A DNA stretch of 64,000 bases from Octopus sinensis (GCF_006345805.1 NC_042997.1:164548001-164612000); one strand, 5' to 3'. Positions 24,363 to 37,437 are shown, counted from the first letter of the stretch. Numbers and translations are program-made. The notes: generated from the letters alone by a model not told the origin.

Positions 24363-24525
24363 CAACAGGCTTCTTTCAGTTTCCGTCTACCAAATCCACT
24401 CACAAGGCATTGGTCAGCCCGGGGCTATGGCAGAAGACACTTGCCCAAGATGCCATGCAGTGGGACTGAACCCGGAACCATGTGGTTGGTAAGCAAGCTA
24501 CTTACCACACAGCCACTCCTGCGCC
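23855..24525 (-). mobile_element. Family A SINE (young) nested in a family E element and containing a Penelope-like fragment
   Basis: Full head and tail present; family E halves at ~23750-23850 and ~24526-24620. Confidence 0.85.
24096..24321 (-). mobile_element. Penelope-like fragment inserted in (TA)n
   Basis: Minus strand TATGTTTCCGACGAAGAGCTCCGCTCGAAACGT, identical to the motif at ~57939-57971; (TA)n on both sides. Confidence 0.7.
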
Positions 24526-25781
24526 TGTATCTAGGACTACACTACCCAAAATGCCCTTTTTGTGAGATGGTACAGTGTGGTTTAAAGAAAGTTTGACAGC
24601 TATTTCTAGCAAGTAAAAGCATCCTAGTTGGTTGGTGCATCCTAGTTGACTATCTGAAGATGGTAGGATGTGATGAGAGCGAGGTTTAGCTGTTACTCCT
24701 AGTAGGTCAAACAACTGTTACAAATACAAGCTCTTGCTGATTCACACATCATTCTTATTTGCTTAAGATGGTAGGGTTGATTTGAGGGATATTTTGGCCG
24801 CTTTGTCTGGCAACCATGTAAAGGCATCTTTGCAGACTTATTCCTTGTTTCATGCTGTTGTGTTACTATGGGAAAGAACTTATGTTGTCTTCAGGTTGCC
24901 TTAGGGCCATATCACTACCATTGATTTATGGTATCTATTAAAGAAAGAATATATTTGTTCCCCATCATAATCAATAAAAATGAAAATAAAAAAACAAGAA
25001 CCAATGAGGGAACCCTTACACAGTCGCACAACTTACTAGAAATAGCAGAAACAGTCACCTCAAATTACTTGTTACAAGCATTACAGGAATTACACACAAA
25101 ATACTGTAACTGGGATAAATTATGTTTGAATAAAAAACAGCATGAGTACAACTGAAATGGCTTCAAGCATATGGTCTGCTTAATATGGGCAGACCTAAAT
25201 TTCCACTCTCTGAAAAGACTAAACAGAACCAATTATTACAGTTTGAAGTTATCAGATCACTGCTAAAAGCTATCTAATTTTCATATAAAATTAAAAATTT
25301 AAATATGCTCATATATGTCTTTTAGTCTATTCATCTTATTAATTATTTACATACTTTTTCATATGGTATAATCAGACATTGTTGGCTCTACATTTTAGAG
25401 CCATTGAGACTGGGAGAGTTTATCTTTTCACCAGAGACATAACTCTCATGCTTGCAATAGAGAAAAATCTGCTAAAAGCACTCAATATTAAGATGGTGGA
25501 TTAAGTCTACCCTCCATGAAGAGGAACAGTTTCTAATGAGCTTCCACATGGTTTCTGTCAGTAATTTCACTCAAAAAGCTTTAGTTAACCCAAAGCTATA
25601 GCAGAATTCATTTGCCCATTTCCCCACATAGTAAGAGTGATCAGTACTTTGTTGTACTGTTTAATTTCTCTTCTTGAAGGACTTTTTTTCATAATCATTC
25701 CTTATGCCTTTACATGGTTGCTAGTCATAGCAGCCAAATTTTAGGGATATTTGACATCTAAATGAAGATACTCTGTATTAA

Positions 25782-25999
25782 CCCTTTAGCATTCAGATTA
25801 CTCTCTCAAATGTAATGCTTAATTAGTCACATTATTTTGATTTAATTATGTATTACCTTGTAGCATTGAGATTTTGATGATGTGATTGTTTATTTTTAGA
25901 ATGACATTGTAGGATAGATCTGAGAGGCCAAATCTGGAAGTTTGAACATAAAACACGTAGAATAATTGGGCTGGATATGGCTGATTTAAATGTTAAGGG
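25782..25999. mobile_element. piggyBac-type MITE, family P2
   Basis: TTAA|CCCTTTAGCATTCAG...TTAAGGG|TTAT. Confidence 0.85.
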
Positions 26000-26157
26000 T
26001 TATGGGTTGCATATTGAAGCTATGTGAAAATGATGATGTTGACAGCCTCTACCTTGCAGTGAGACTAAATTAGACATGTTTTCTGGCCCAGAATAACCAT
26101 AATATTTCTCTCTCTCACTCTCTCTCTCACTCACTCACTCACTCTCTCTCTCACTCA

Positions 26158-26192
<35 letters not shown>

Positions 26193-26716
26193 CAATTCCT
26201 GAGCAGGTAGAGGAAATAGATGTACAATGGTTGGAGTTTAATATTGTAGTATGCCAGATAAGGGAAGACCTAGGAGCTAAACAACAACAGCAGCAGTAGC
26301 AGCAGCAACAATAACAAATGCTACGAATATACAACAGCCAATCCTGTATGAAGATAATTTTCTTTACAATTGTATTTCATTTGAGAGAGCTGATAATTAT
26401 GTAATTGTATTGAGAACAACCTTGAACGTAATCTTAGGAGAGAAACTTGTAAGATGTTTGTGATAGACCTAATGCATTTCCAGGTTTTAATACCCTTGGG
26501 TGCATCTAGAATGCACACTGTTGCCTGCATCTGGGCCATGTCTATAGTCTAAGGATAACAATGCATTGCTTTCTACTGCAGTAAACTATGAGTAATGGGT
26601 TCTATCTCACTTTGCTCCCACACCAGCAACACAGAAATGGGATATAAGTACTACCTCTTCCTCCACTGAAAAATATAGAATTACTTAGGGAGACAATAAT
26701 AAATCTCTGAACGAGG

Positions 26717-26750
26717 TATAAACAGTAGCTTACACTTTTTCGAGATCAGT
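26717..26750 (+). promoter_or_regulatory. Candidate TATA + Inr core promoter
   Basis: TATAAA at 26717 lies 31 nt upstream of the A (26748) of TCAGT, in unique CpG-retaining sequence. Motif spacing only. Confidence 0.3.
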
Positions 26751-27000
26751 GACTTTTCGTCACTGGAAAAAAGATATATGTATTTGCATTGGGATTGTCG
26801 TGCGCTGACGACAGGTAAATACCCAGAAACCTGGGTCCCATGCGTATCATGTCAAGTCAATGATGGGAAGGATGGCTTCCCTTTGCAAATACTGATAGGG
26901 CACAGAAAGTGTGTCAATAGCCAGCTGGAGAAGATGTTCTCTTGGGGCTACGAGCTACAGTAGCATCCACCCTTAGTGGTTAGCCACATTTAAGTGGCAT
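26731..27000 (+). ncRNA. Candidate multi-helix structured RNA element, unidentified
   Basis: About ten 4-9-bp helices tile ~270 nt, including a 9-bp closing stem. No match to RNA families I can recall. Confidence 0.35.
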
Positions 27001-27648
27001 ATATAATTTGGAGACATTTTCCCAGTATTACAGAATTTGTTTGACCACAAAAACAATTGCTAAAAACTACATTCAGAGTTCTACAAACAAGTTACATACT
27101 AAACAATGTTGATACCTTCATTATGCTGATTTTTTTTTCAAAGAATTATTATATTTGCAAATGCAATTTATTTCAATGATAAACTTTAAAGACAAAAAAA
27201 AAAGGAAAGAAAATCTAAATTCTTATAATATGTTTCCTGGCAGAAGGCCAAACAAAGATTCTTTCAAGAAAATATTTGTAATTTTGCCAGAAAATGCAGA
27301 CTTAAAATGATTTCTCTGTTCAATTAAAATTTTTATTATTTTACTTGCAGTTACAAAAGTTAAACAAAGAATTATAAATTTCATAACATATTTACAAATC
27401 ATGAAAACTTTTGAACAATTGATGCCGACCATTGTACATTTAATTCCCCTACCCACTCAGGAATTGATGAGTGCATGTGTGCGTGTATGCATGCATATGA
27501 GTTTGCATCTAAAGTAGGTATTCTGATCTAGAAAACAAATGCCTAATTTAGTCTCTCAGAAAACAATGTCATTATTTTCAGATGGTTTCCATGTACGACC
27601 GCCAAGAGATCAAATGACAAATATCCCAAAAATCCTTGTTTCTTCTTA

Positions 27649-27867
27649 ATCATCATCATCATCATCATTTAACGTCCATTTTCCATGCTGGAGCACCACC
27701 TTTAGTTGAGCAAATCGACCCTATGACTTATTCTTTGGAAGCCTAGTACTTATTCTATTGGATTCTTTTGCTGAACCACTAAGTTATGGGGACGTAAACA
27801 CACCACCATTGGTTGTCAAGCGATGTTGGGGGGACAAACACAGACACACACACATACATACATTTAC

Positions 27868-27902
<35 letters not shown>

Positions 27903-28060
27903 TACGACAGGCTTCTTTCAGTTTCCCTCCACCAAATCCACTCACAAGGCTTTGGTCAGCCTGAGGCTATAGTAGAAGACACTTGCCCAAGGTGCCATGC
28001 AATGGGAATGAACTCAGGACCATGTGGTTGGTAAGGAAGCTACTTACCACACAGTCACTC
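27649..28060 (-). mobile_element. Family A SINE whose 3' end is replaced by a family D tail
   Basis: (CAT)n TTTAACGTCCATTTT-CCATGCTG-GAGCACCACC junction. Confidence 0.8.
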
Positions 28061-28957
28061 CAGAATAATTCAAGAGCAGTCGAACCATAAAATAAAGTAA
28101 TAGATAATGGTTTGTTTATACGATTAAGAAGTCCATATCACAACTATATCATTTCAGGTTCAAGAGTAAGTGTATTGCACTATAGCCTTAGGTTGACCAA
28201 AGCCTTATGAGTGAAATTTGGCCAACATAAACCATGTAGAAGCTCATCAGAGAGACCATTTCTTTTCTTGGAGGGTGGACTTAATCCTCCATCTGGACAT
28301 TGAGAGCTTTTAGCCAAGTATACTCTAATGCAAGCATTTGAGTCGTGTCTCTAAAAAAGTATCAAGGGCGCTACCCATTCTCCTCTGACTCTATCATTTG
28401 AAATAAACAAATAAATAAATGGAATAAAGCACATATATGAATAAATTTAAATTTTAAATTTCATGTGAAAATCAAACAACTTTCATCTGTGGGCTGATAA
28501 TTACAAGCGTTAATATTTTATTACTTCAATTTAGTTTTTTCAGGAAGAGCAAATTAATTTCTGATTGGTGTGGGTTCTTTCAATACAAATTGTACTTTTT
28601 ATACAATAATTGATTTCTCTTTACCAGTCGTAACCAATTTTTATAGAGATGAGTGTATAATTGATTGAACTAACCCTGATATATAACTGTGTCTTAGTCA
28701 AGCCTTTGAGTGAAGCCTACATATGATCTCAGCCAGTTAGAAATAATAGATGAATCTTCCTCAGTTTCTACACTATCATTTTGCAAAAAAAATAAATAAA
28801 TAAAAATAAAAATAAAAAAGAGAAAAAGAAATGGATGCATTAGTTACTCCTAGAAGGATAGAAGAACAAGATGGTCATGGTTGGAGTGGCTCATGTGTCT
28901 TCTCAAAGATGATCTGGGGCTAAACAGCAACAACAACAACAACAACTACTACTACTA

Positions 28958-28991
<34 letters not shown>

Positions 28992-30110
28992 ATATTTTAT
29001 TAGCCCTTGTGTAATAAATGGCAAAGCTATTACCAATGGGATTTGAAATGAAAGCATCAAAAAATGAGACTAAAATCTCTATGGCATTTTGTCTCATGAT
29101 CTAATTTTTCTGCCAACATACTATTCACATTTTCTTTATTATTGATTTCTCACATTGGTAGAAAGCTGGAAATATGTAAACACAGGTGCAGTGAGCCAAT
29201 TAAATCGACCCCAGTAAATGCCTGTGTTTATTTTATCTTCAGTTAGACGAAAAGCTATGTCAACCCTCAGCAGGATTTGAACTCAAATATCAAAAGAGAC
29301 AAAGTTAATTACTGTAAGACATTTGCATCTGGTATGACCACTGCTTTTGAAATTCCATTTCCCATCACTGTTTACATATTGATTGGAAAGGAAAATTACA
29401 TTTCTAGCTATTTTGTTTAACTTTATATTATTTTGTATTGCTATTTCAATGTGAAGTTTATTATTTTATGATGGAAAAAGAATGTCTTTTTTTTATTTAA
29501 CAGATGTTTCAGTTATTTTTGTATATTGCTGTTAAAAAAAGAGTTGTATATTAATTTTTCTAAGTCAGTTTTTTTTTAACAGTTAGACACAATCCATTTT
29601 ATTGGCACCTCAACAATGAATTGAAATTGGTACTTATTATTTTCTAGTAAGGTAAACTGAAACAGGTAATTGAATGTATTTCAAAATTCTGTTTATTTAT
29701 TCATATAAATAATATTTAAGCTTTGGTTTCCCCTTTTCCATTTTATTCATGAACCACAATTTCTGCTCCTTGAATATAAGTAAATAAAGATTTTTCTCCC
29801 GCTATGACAAGGAGAAATGTTTTTATAGCAATTAATATTAAATATGAATTCCAACATCTAAATATATATCTAATGTAAACAATTATTTCGTAATAACTGT
29901 ATGTTACAAAGAAAAGGAGCTTGAGGTTTTTGAGGAAGTTTTAATGGGAAGTTGTGATACCGATATTTGCTACCAAAATTAAAATAGGTTTGTGAATGAT
30001 AGAATAGAAATAATAGCACACTAAATATCATATATTTATTTATGGCTCTGCAAAAGGTCTCAATACAAATCTACTGAGAGTGGTTTTGACAGGAGTGCTA
30101 AAATACATGT

Positions 30111-30141
<31 letters not shown>

Positions 30142-30241
30142 CATCTTTTACCTTTTCTCTTTTAGTTGTTTTTAGTCATTAGACTGCAGCCACCTTGAAG
30201 AATTTTTGCTTGAATGAATTGACCTCAGGACTATATATATA

Positions 30242-30461
30242 TCATCATCATCAGCGTTTAATGTCCGCTTTCCATGCTAGCATGTGTCGGACGATTTGAC
30301 TGAGGTCTGGTGAACCAGATGGCTGCACCAGACTCCAATCTGATCTGGCAGAGTTTCTACAACTGGATGCCCTTCCTAACGCCAACCACTCCGAGAGTGT
30401 AGTGGGTGCTTTTATGTGCCACTGGCACAAGGGCCAGTCAGGCGGTACGCTCAAATGGTGC
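30242..30461 (-). mobile_element. Family D element
   Basis: Reverse-complement family D body between (TA)n runs. Confidence 0.85.
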
Positions 30462-30879
30462 TATATATATATATATATATATAATTGTTGTCAGTTCAGT
30501 ATATATATATATATATATTGTCGTCAATTCAGATGCTTATGTATTTTTACATCAAATATATAGACTTGTTAGGCATAAATTAAAAAGCTAATACATAAAG
30601 ACATAGATTTTGGTCAGAATTTCCAACCATAAGTGTTCAGCCAATCTATCAAGTGCACTACTAGGCTTATTGAATTTGTGTGTCTTTCCAAGTAGATTAG
30701 TAATATAATTGATTTGACATGACTTGCTTTGGGAATCAAACCCAAGCGACATGTTAGGGTGTTCAGAAATTCATTATATATTTTCCATAGAAAGAGAAGA
30801 GCAAATGTCAATTAAGTTTTCTTGAATATAATTTATCAATTATGTAATCACCATCATTATCAATGACTGGCGCTCCTCA

Positions 30880-31821
30880 AATAACCAAATTTTTTCTTTG
30901 TTTAAAAAATTCTATGTTTTTTTTTCTTCCTGCAAAAGTGTTTGGTTTAATGTTTCCAATGTCTTCTTTGTCTCTAAATGTTCTGCCATCCATATCATGT
31001 TCTAACAATTGAAACAAGCGAAAATCCATAGGTAATAAATTTGATAAGTATGGGGATGTCCTGTGCTAATGATCTTTACCTGGGTTTATTTCAGAGTTAT
31101 GCTGGAGAATAACACCTTTTTGGTTTACCAAAAACTGGCCTCTTTCAGAGTAATGCTTCATTTACCCAATTAAGTTAGTGGTAAAAGATGTCAGCATTAA
31201 TGGTATATTGGTATATTTTGTTTCAGTAACTCATAACAGACAACACTATTCATGTTCTACCAGTTGCACAGGAAGAAGTCTGTTAATAATGTTCTAGTTT
31301 TGGTGTTGGCACCAGTTTTTTTTTTATTTACTGATTACCAGTATCTTTTCCTTTCTTGGTAGTGTCCATTTTCCTAACCAGTAACAAGGCAGTGCAGAAA
31401 CAAGATCCTGTTATTCTTGGGTTAGAGACTGCTACAGATAGTGGAACATTCTGTTTGGTTTTCAAGTGAGATTTCATAAGAAAGCCAAATCCCTTCTTTG
31501 TATTTTTTCTCAATTTATGCAAGATGCTTATGGACAGTTGAACATGGTACATTCAGTTTCTGCACCAAATTTCTGGTGCTTTCTTGAACATATGAGTCAG
31601 CTTTTCTCATAAAAGATCATTGGCCAGAACAAAGCTTATTGGAAAGATCATAATCTCCATTGATAAACTTCTGAAAGTATAAGTGGCATTTATGAGCTTT
31701 CATTGCATCATGATATACAGCACAAATGTTTTTCATTGCTTGTATTGCAGTACTACTGCTCTTTCAAAATTCATACAGTAAGCAATGACAGATGCTTATC
31801 TTTGAAGTTTTTATCTTCCAT
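30880..31821 (-). pseudogene. Near full-length decayed mariner transposase
   Basis: Across frameshifts: CLLYEF..AMKNICAVY, FQKFINGDYDL, STVHKHL, KRPVLVNQKGVILQHN, PYLSNLLPMDFRLF (cf. YSPDLAPSDYHLF). Confidence 0.8.
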
Positions 31822-32715
31822 GGGGTTAAACCTTTACATTATCAATGACACTGCTGGATAGAAGTGATGATAAGCTGGATATAATGTCATACTCTACCAT
31901 TTAAGCATTGTCATACCTTAGTTGGTAAACTTATGATTTACAAGAGTGAAAATATAACTGTATTCTGAACACCTCCCCCAACATTTATCTTGATTTCTTA
32001 AGCATGGTGTCGCAGAGATTTAGAGGAAGGGAAAATGGGAAATGATGACACTCATGCATTCTTTTCCAATGACATTAGTTAAAATATTACAGCATATTAA
32101 TATACTATAACAATAAATTAAATCCTGGTGTTATTATATATTATCTACTTATTAAAGAAATGTTTGTTATGAATTACAAAACTGAATTAACTATAGCAAT
32201 TATGGATAGATAGAATATAAATAATCTTCATTTTAAAATTGCTGACATCACATATGGGTGACCTTGTAAACCAACAAACTAAATTGGTTTCATATATTTG
32301 GAAATAAAATTTAAGAAATTGCATGCAAAGTAGAAATTGAATTTTTCAGAAATCTGACACATTATTAGGCTTCATAATTTAAAAATGCATGACAACATAG
32401 AAACTTAGATTATTCACTCCTTTATAACAATGAGATAGAATATTTTAGATTGCTATTGACATTATACCCATTGTTGTTATTTTCACATGCAACTTTATGT
32501 GTTAGCATTACATATGAGAACATCTAAAACTACATGCTGTCCTTAACTTTTGCTTCCCAATTTCTATGGTTTCGCAATCTGATTATAACATTCCAAGATA
32601 TGAAATTACTTTGAGATGATTGGTTCGAAATCTGCTGACTTAAATATTGCTCTAAAACTTAAAGAATGAGATTATAACTTCATCTGTCTGTCTGTCTGTC
32701 TCTCTCTCTTTCTCA

Positions 32716-32754
<39 letters not shown>

Positions 32755-32849
32755 ACACACACGCACTTTCTATTTACCTCCCTCTCTCTTTCTCTCTCTC
32801 CTTCCCTCTCTTTCTCTCATGCACATTAAATAAATCAAAGGGAGAGACT

Positions 32850-33085
32850 TGTTAGTAATTGGTTGACCTGCAAGAAATAGCAGTCATATCTTTCTTAAAT
32901 TGCACCCTACCATCTTAAACAAAGGCAGGACACATTCAATAGTATAGTCCTAGATATATAATGCTTGAAAATAAGACAGGCTGGTTATGACTGGAACACT
33001 GCTGATCATAGGTCAATTTGGTCAGGGCAAACTTGAGGCTAACAACAATAACAAGCACAAACAACTGTAACAGCAACAACAACAA
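32850..33085 (+). mobile_element. Family E short element with (AAC)n tail; other copies near 11340, 21130, 25010, 28720, 42385, 59700 and 60320
   Basis: Recurring CTGC.AGAAATAGCAGCCAAATCTCCCTCAAATCACACC...GGTCATGGCTGGAAT..CTTTGATCATAGG...GGGCTAAACAACAAC. Confidence 0.75.
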
Positions 33086-33213
33086 ATCATTAAAGGGAAT
33101 CATAAATCATTCCAAATTATTCCACGTCAATATTTTTCTTACACAGAAGCATCTTGATTAAAACAAAACATTCTCATTGGTTCATTTAGTTCAGTGAAGT
33201 AATTAGTGTTTAA

Positions 33214-33460
33214 CACTTTAGCATTCAGATTACTCTGTCAAATGTGATGTTTGTTCATTCACATTGTTTTGAATTAATTATGCATTATCTCACTATTATC
33301 TCACTATCTATCTTATAGCTTCAAGATTTTGATGATGTGATTGTTTATTCTTAAAATAACATTGTAGGGTGGGTGTGAAAGGCCAGATTTAGCGGGTTAG
33401 AACATGAAAGAAGTAAAATGTTTGGGATGGATATGGCCAGTTTAAATTCAAAGATAATGA
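33214..33460. mobile_element. piggyBac-type MITE, family P2 (right end degenerate)
   Basis: TTAA|CACTTTAGCATTCAGATTACTCTGTC; colinear with the other P2 copies. Confidence 0.75.
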
Positions 33461-33540
33461 GTTAATTCAAAGATAAGTGGAAACAACAGGGTTATTAGAC
33501 AAATCATTAAGTAATATAAACTACATTTTCCCCCTTCTAC

Positions 33541-33541
33541 A

Positions 33542-33616
<75 letters not shown>

Positions 33617-34615
33617 AAGAAGAAGAATGATTTCATTTATTTGCCACCAGGACGAAGGATGAGGGAGACAATACAAAACAGATATAAAGTGTGGGAGTTT
33701 ACAAATAACGAAATGATAAAATATATAAATACCCCCCCCCCCAAAGGAGTAAGTATACATAGTATACAATAAAATGGGAGGGAAATATACATAGTATACA
33801 CAAACTGACAACAACAAAAAAAAAAAAAAGTGGGGATGATAGAGATGTAGTCTTCCTAATACAGGATGACCTTTAGAGATAATCAATGTACCCCACTGTC
33901 CGAGATCTCCCTGAACACCAAGGGCAAATACCCTCTTCAATTCCCTTTCTCTGACTCATAGGTCTGCATTTAGAGTAGTATCATCTACTCTTGCCATTTT
34001 TATAACTTTCACCCATCTTTCATTAAACTCACTCAAGGACAGCACTTCCCTCTCCACCCTCAGTTTTCTTTTCAAGTAAAACTTGAACGTATTTGTTGTT
34101 ATGCCTTTTGGCCTCATCCACCAGACAAGCTCTTTCACCACAGCCACCAGGCAAAGGGAAACTGCCTTGCCTGTCTGATTAAGGAAGGGCATCAGGGCAA
34201 TAATCACTATGGACATGGCCAATAAAGGATCCATCCCACACATGACAGCAGCTGTTTGACAACCCCACAAGTCAGCATTGTTTGGACACTGAATGAGTGC
34301 AAGCAGAATGGTTTCATCACACTGTACGTATCTCAGACAAGCCCATCTGACAGCACGTCTGAGCCTATAGAGTTTATTCTGAACTGGTAGCATTCCCTGG
34401 TAGCACTGTCAGGCTAAGGACATCTGAAAATTATCCATGATAGCTCCCAACCGGAAAGTCCTCCAGAACAGACTGGCCAGTTTGTTTACATTGATGCCTA
34501 GAGTCTTCCCTGCCATTAATCCTCAATGAATTTCTAAAGCAGAACATCCATTGATCCCACTGCCTGGATGGTAGAGTGCTGTGGAGCACCTGATGACATT
34601 CTAGGAGCCAGATTC
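33541..34615 (-). mobile_element. L1/Tx1-like LINE 3' end (zf-RVT-type C-terminus, 3' UTR, microsatellite tail)
   Basis: ORF 33956-34393 plus upstream DNFQMSLA*QCYQGMLPV; C..R...DET..A...C; F.ERW; AATAAA then (CTT)n(ATT)n. Confidence 0.8.
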
Positions 34616-34650
34616 TCAGAATGTTGTCAGGTGCTCACAGCCCTCTACCA

Positions 34651-35230
34651 GTTGAATAATTAATAGTTTTACACTGGAAGCTTTGTCAGAAATGGGGATT
34701 TGAAGCCGGAGGTACATGATATAATCATCAGGTTGAAAATGAGCTGGAGTCAAAGAAATGCAAAATTTTATGGTATTTTCTAATTCAAACATATAAGAAG
34801 CTTGAAAATAATAGACCAGACATAACAATAATAGACAAGGAAAAGTGAGGTTGCTTACTAATTGATCCATCATGTCCATTTGATTCCAGGATTGTAAAGA
34901 AAGAGGATCAAAATTTCAAGTTTCATCAATTTGGAGTACATAAACTGTAGAAGTTGTGCTTGTAATAATTGGTGCATTGGGAACAATAATCAAAGATATA
35001 GATAAATAGTTGAAGGAGATTGGAATAAAATGTCCTATAGAGCTTCTACAGAAAGTTTCCTTCTAAGGGACAGGGAATGTTATCAGGAGGGTCTTAAGCA
35101 CTTGAAAGACTATTGAAAGCTTGTCGATACCTAAGGTTACAGGTAGGAACCCACTATCAACATAAATTCTACCAGGAACAAGAACAAACCTGAGTTAAAT
35201 CAATGATGACGATAATGATGATGATGATGT
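34651..35230 (+). mobile_element. R4/Dong-like RLE LINE 3' remnant
   Basis: LHWKLCQKWG...KILW...NRPDITIIDK...LLIDPSCPFD...VIIGALGTI...LQKV...IRRVL; (GAT)n tail. Confidence 0.85.
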
Positions 35231-35968
35231 TAATAAATAGATGAATTTTACTTCTAAACCAAATATTTTAGAACAATAAGATATGAAAACTTTTGCTTTG
35301 GTTGCATTAATGTACATCACCGTGTATTAGTTTTCCTTATAATAATTAATCAATTGCATGAAAATAGGGGGTAAATGCTACTGAGTTACAAAGGACATAT
35401 ATAGAAATTTATGCAGCTATTCAGTTACATAGCTACTATTTAAAAGATATAAAACCTATGCAAAGACACAGTTATACAAGACAGAATTTCCAGACATTAA
35501 AATTGTATTTAAATCACATTCATATATTTCCTCTGTGAAACATGAATTGCAATAGAAATGAATACATTTATGGAGCACAATTGAATTAAGTTTTGAAGGA
35601 TGTGTGATGTATTATTTATATACTTATTAAAAGACAAAAATATCCAATTTGCCATTATGTGTGTGTGTGCGCGTATGCATGTGTGTGTGTCTATATACAC
35701 ACATACATGTAATGACAGAATGGAGTTTTATTTTTAATTTGTATATAAATAATACATCTTGCACCCTTCAATATATATGTATACACACACACATACATAT
35801 GTGTATATGTATATATATATAAATTTATATATACATTTATACATATATATGTGTGTGTGTATGAATATATATATATGTTCATATATATATGCACATCCAC
35901 CCACATACACACACGATTTATATTCAAAACAAGGCAATCTACTAGCTATATAAATGCTGATTATCTGC

Positions 35969-36040
<72 letters not shown>

Positions 36041-36437
36041 CTGCCACTGCCACCACCACTTTTATTATTGTTATTATTATCATTATTATTATTATTATTA
36101 TTACTGTTGTTGTTGTTGTTATTATTATTGTTATTATTTGTATGTGTGCCAGTGTGTCCATGTATGTGTGAGTTTGGTGGCAGTAAGTAGATGCTACAGA
36201 CGTAAGTACATGACAATAGATTTATTAATCTGCATTTCTTCTGGATCCATTACACTTATGATTTGATTCCTATCTAGCTTAGCAGTATTATGAAGATTTA
36301 TACACACATACACATGCATACACATGCACATATGCATACATGTGCACACCACACACACATTACTAATTCCTACATACAAACACACTTATACCTATACATA
36401 CACCTGTATGTATGTATGTAGTATGTATGTATGTATG

Positions 36438-36722
36438 TGTCCGTTGCCAGCCTCGCCTGGCCCTCGTGCCGGTGGCACATAAAAAGCACCATCCGTTCGT
36501 GGCCGTTTGCCAGCTCTGTCTGGCACCAGTGCGGGTGACACGTAAAAAGCACCCACTACACTCACGGAGTGGTTGGCGTTAGGAAGGGCATCCAGCCGTA
36601 GAAACACTGCCAGATTTGACTGGGCCTGATGAAGCCTTCTGGCTTCACAGACCCCAGTAGAACCGTCCAACCCATGCTAGCATGGAAAACGGACGCTAAA
36701 TGATGATGATGATGATGATGAT
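36438..36722 (+). mobile_element. Family D element, CpG-rich
   Basis: Two internal units, family D body, (GAT)n tail. Confidence 0.85.
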
Positions 36723-36847
36723 GTATGTATGTATGTATATATCTGTTTGTTTGTCTGTCTGTAAGTCCCTCTCTCTATCTATCTACTTATCTACCTACCT
36801 ACCTACCTACCTATCAATCTATCTATCTATCTATCTATTTATCATAA

Positions 36848-37023
36848 GCACAGGGGTGGCTGTGTAGTAAGTAGCTTGCTTACCAACCACATGGTTCTGG
36901 GTTCATTCCCACTGTGTGGCACCTTGGGCAAGTATCTTCTACTATAGCCTCAGGCCAACCAAAATCTTGTGAGTGGATTTGGTAGACGGAATCTGAAAGA
37001 AGCCTGTCGTATGTGTTTGTGTG

Positions 37024-37092
<69 letters not shown>

Positions 37093-37335
37093 TTGTGTAT
37101 GTGTGTGTGTGTGTGTGTGTGTGTTTGTGCATCTTTGTTTGTCACCCCAACATTGCTTGACAACCGATGCTGATGTGATTATGTCCCCCGTAACCTAGCG
37201 ATTTGGCAAAAAGACACCGATAAATCAAGTACTAGGCTTACAGAGAATAAGTCCTGGGGTCAATTTGCACAACTAAAAAAAAAGGTAGTGCTCCAGCATG
37301 GCCACAGTCAATTGACTGAAACAAATATAAAATAA
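36848..37335 (+). mobile_element. Family A SINE with expanded central (TG)n
   Basis: Complete head and tail. Confidence 0.9.
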
Positions 37336-37437
37336 AGGAAGAACATCTATCTACCTATCTATCTAACTTTCTGTCTCTTTGTTTATTTGTCTGTCTGACT
37401 GTCTGTTTGTCAATTTATCTATCTGCCTGCCTGCCAG

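Noticed and set aside
26858-26897. C/D box snoRNA or SECIS reading (ATGATG...CTGA)
   Set aside because: The boxes are only ~35 nt apart, box C is imperfect, and no correctly placed SECIS AA loop is present.
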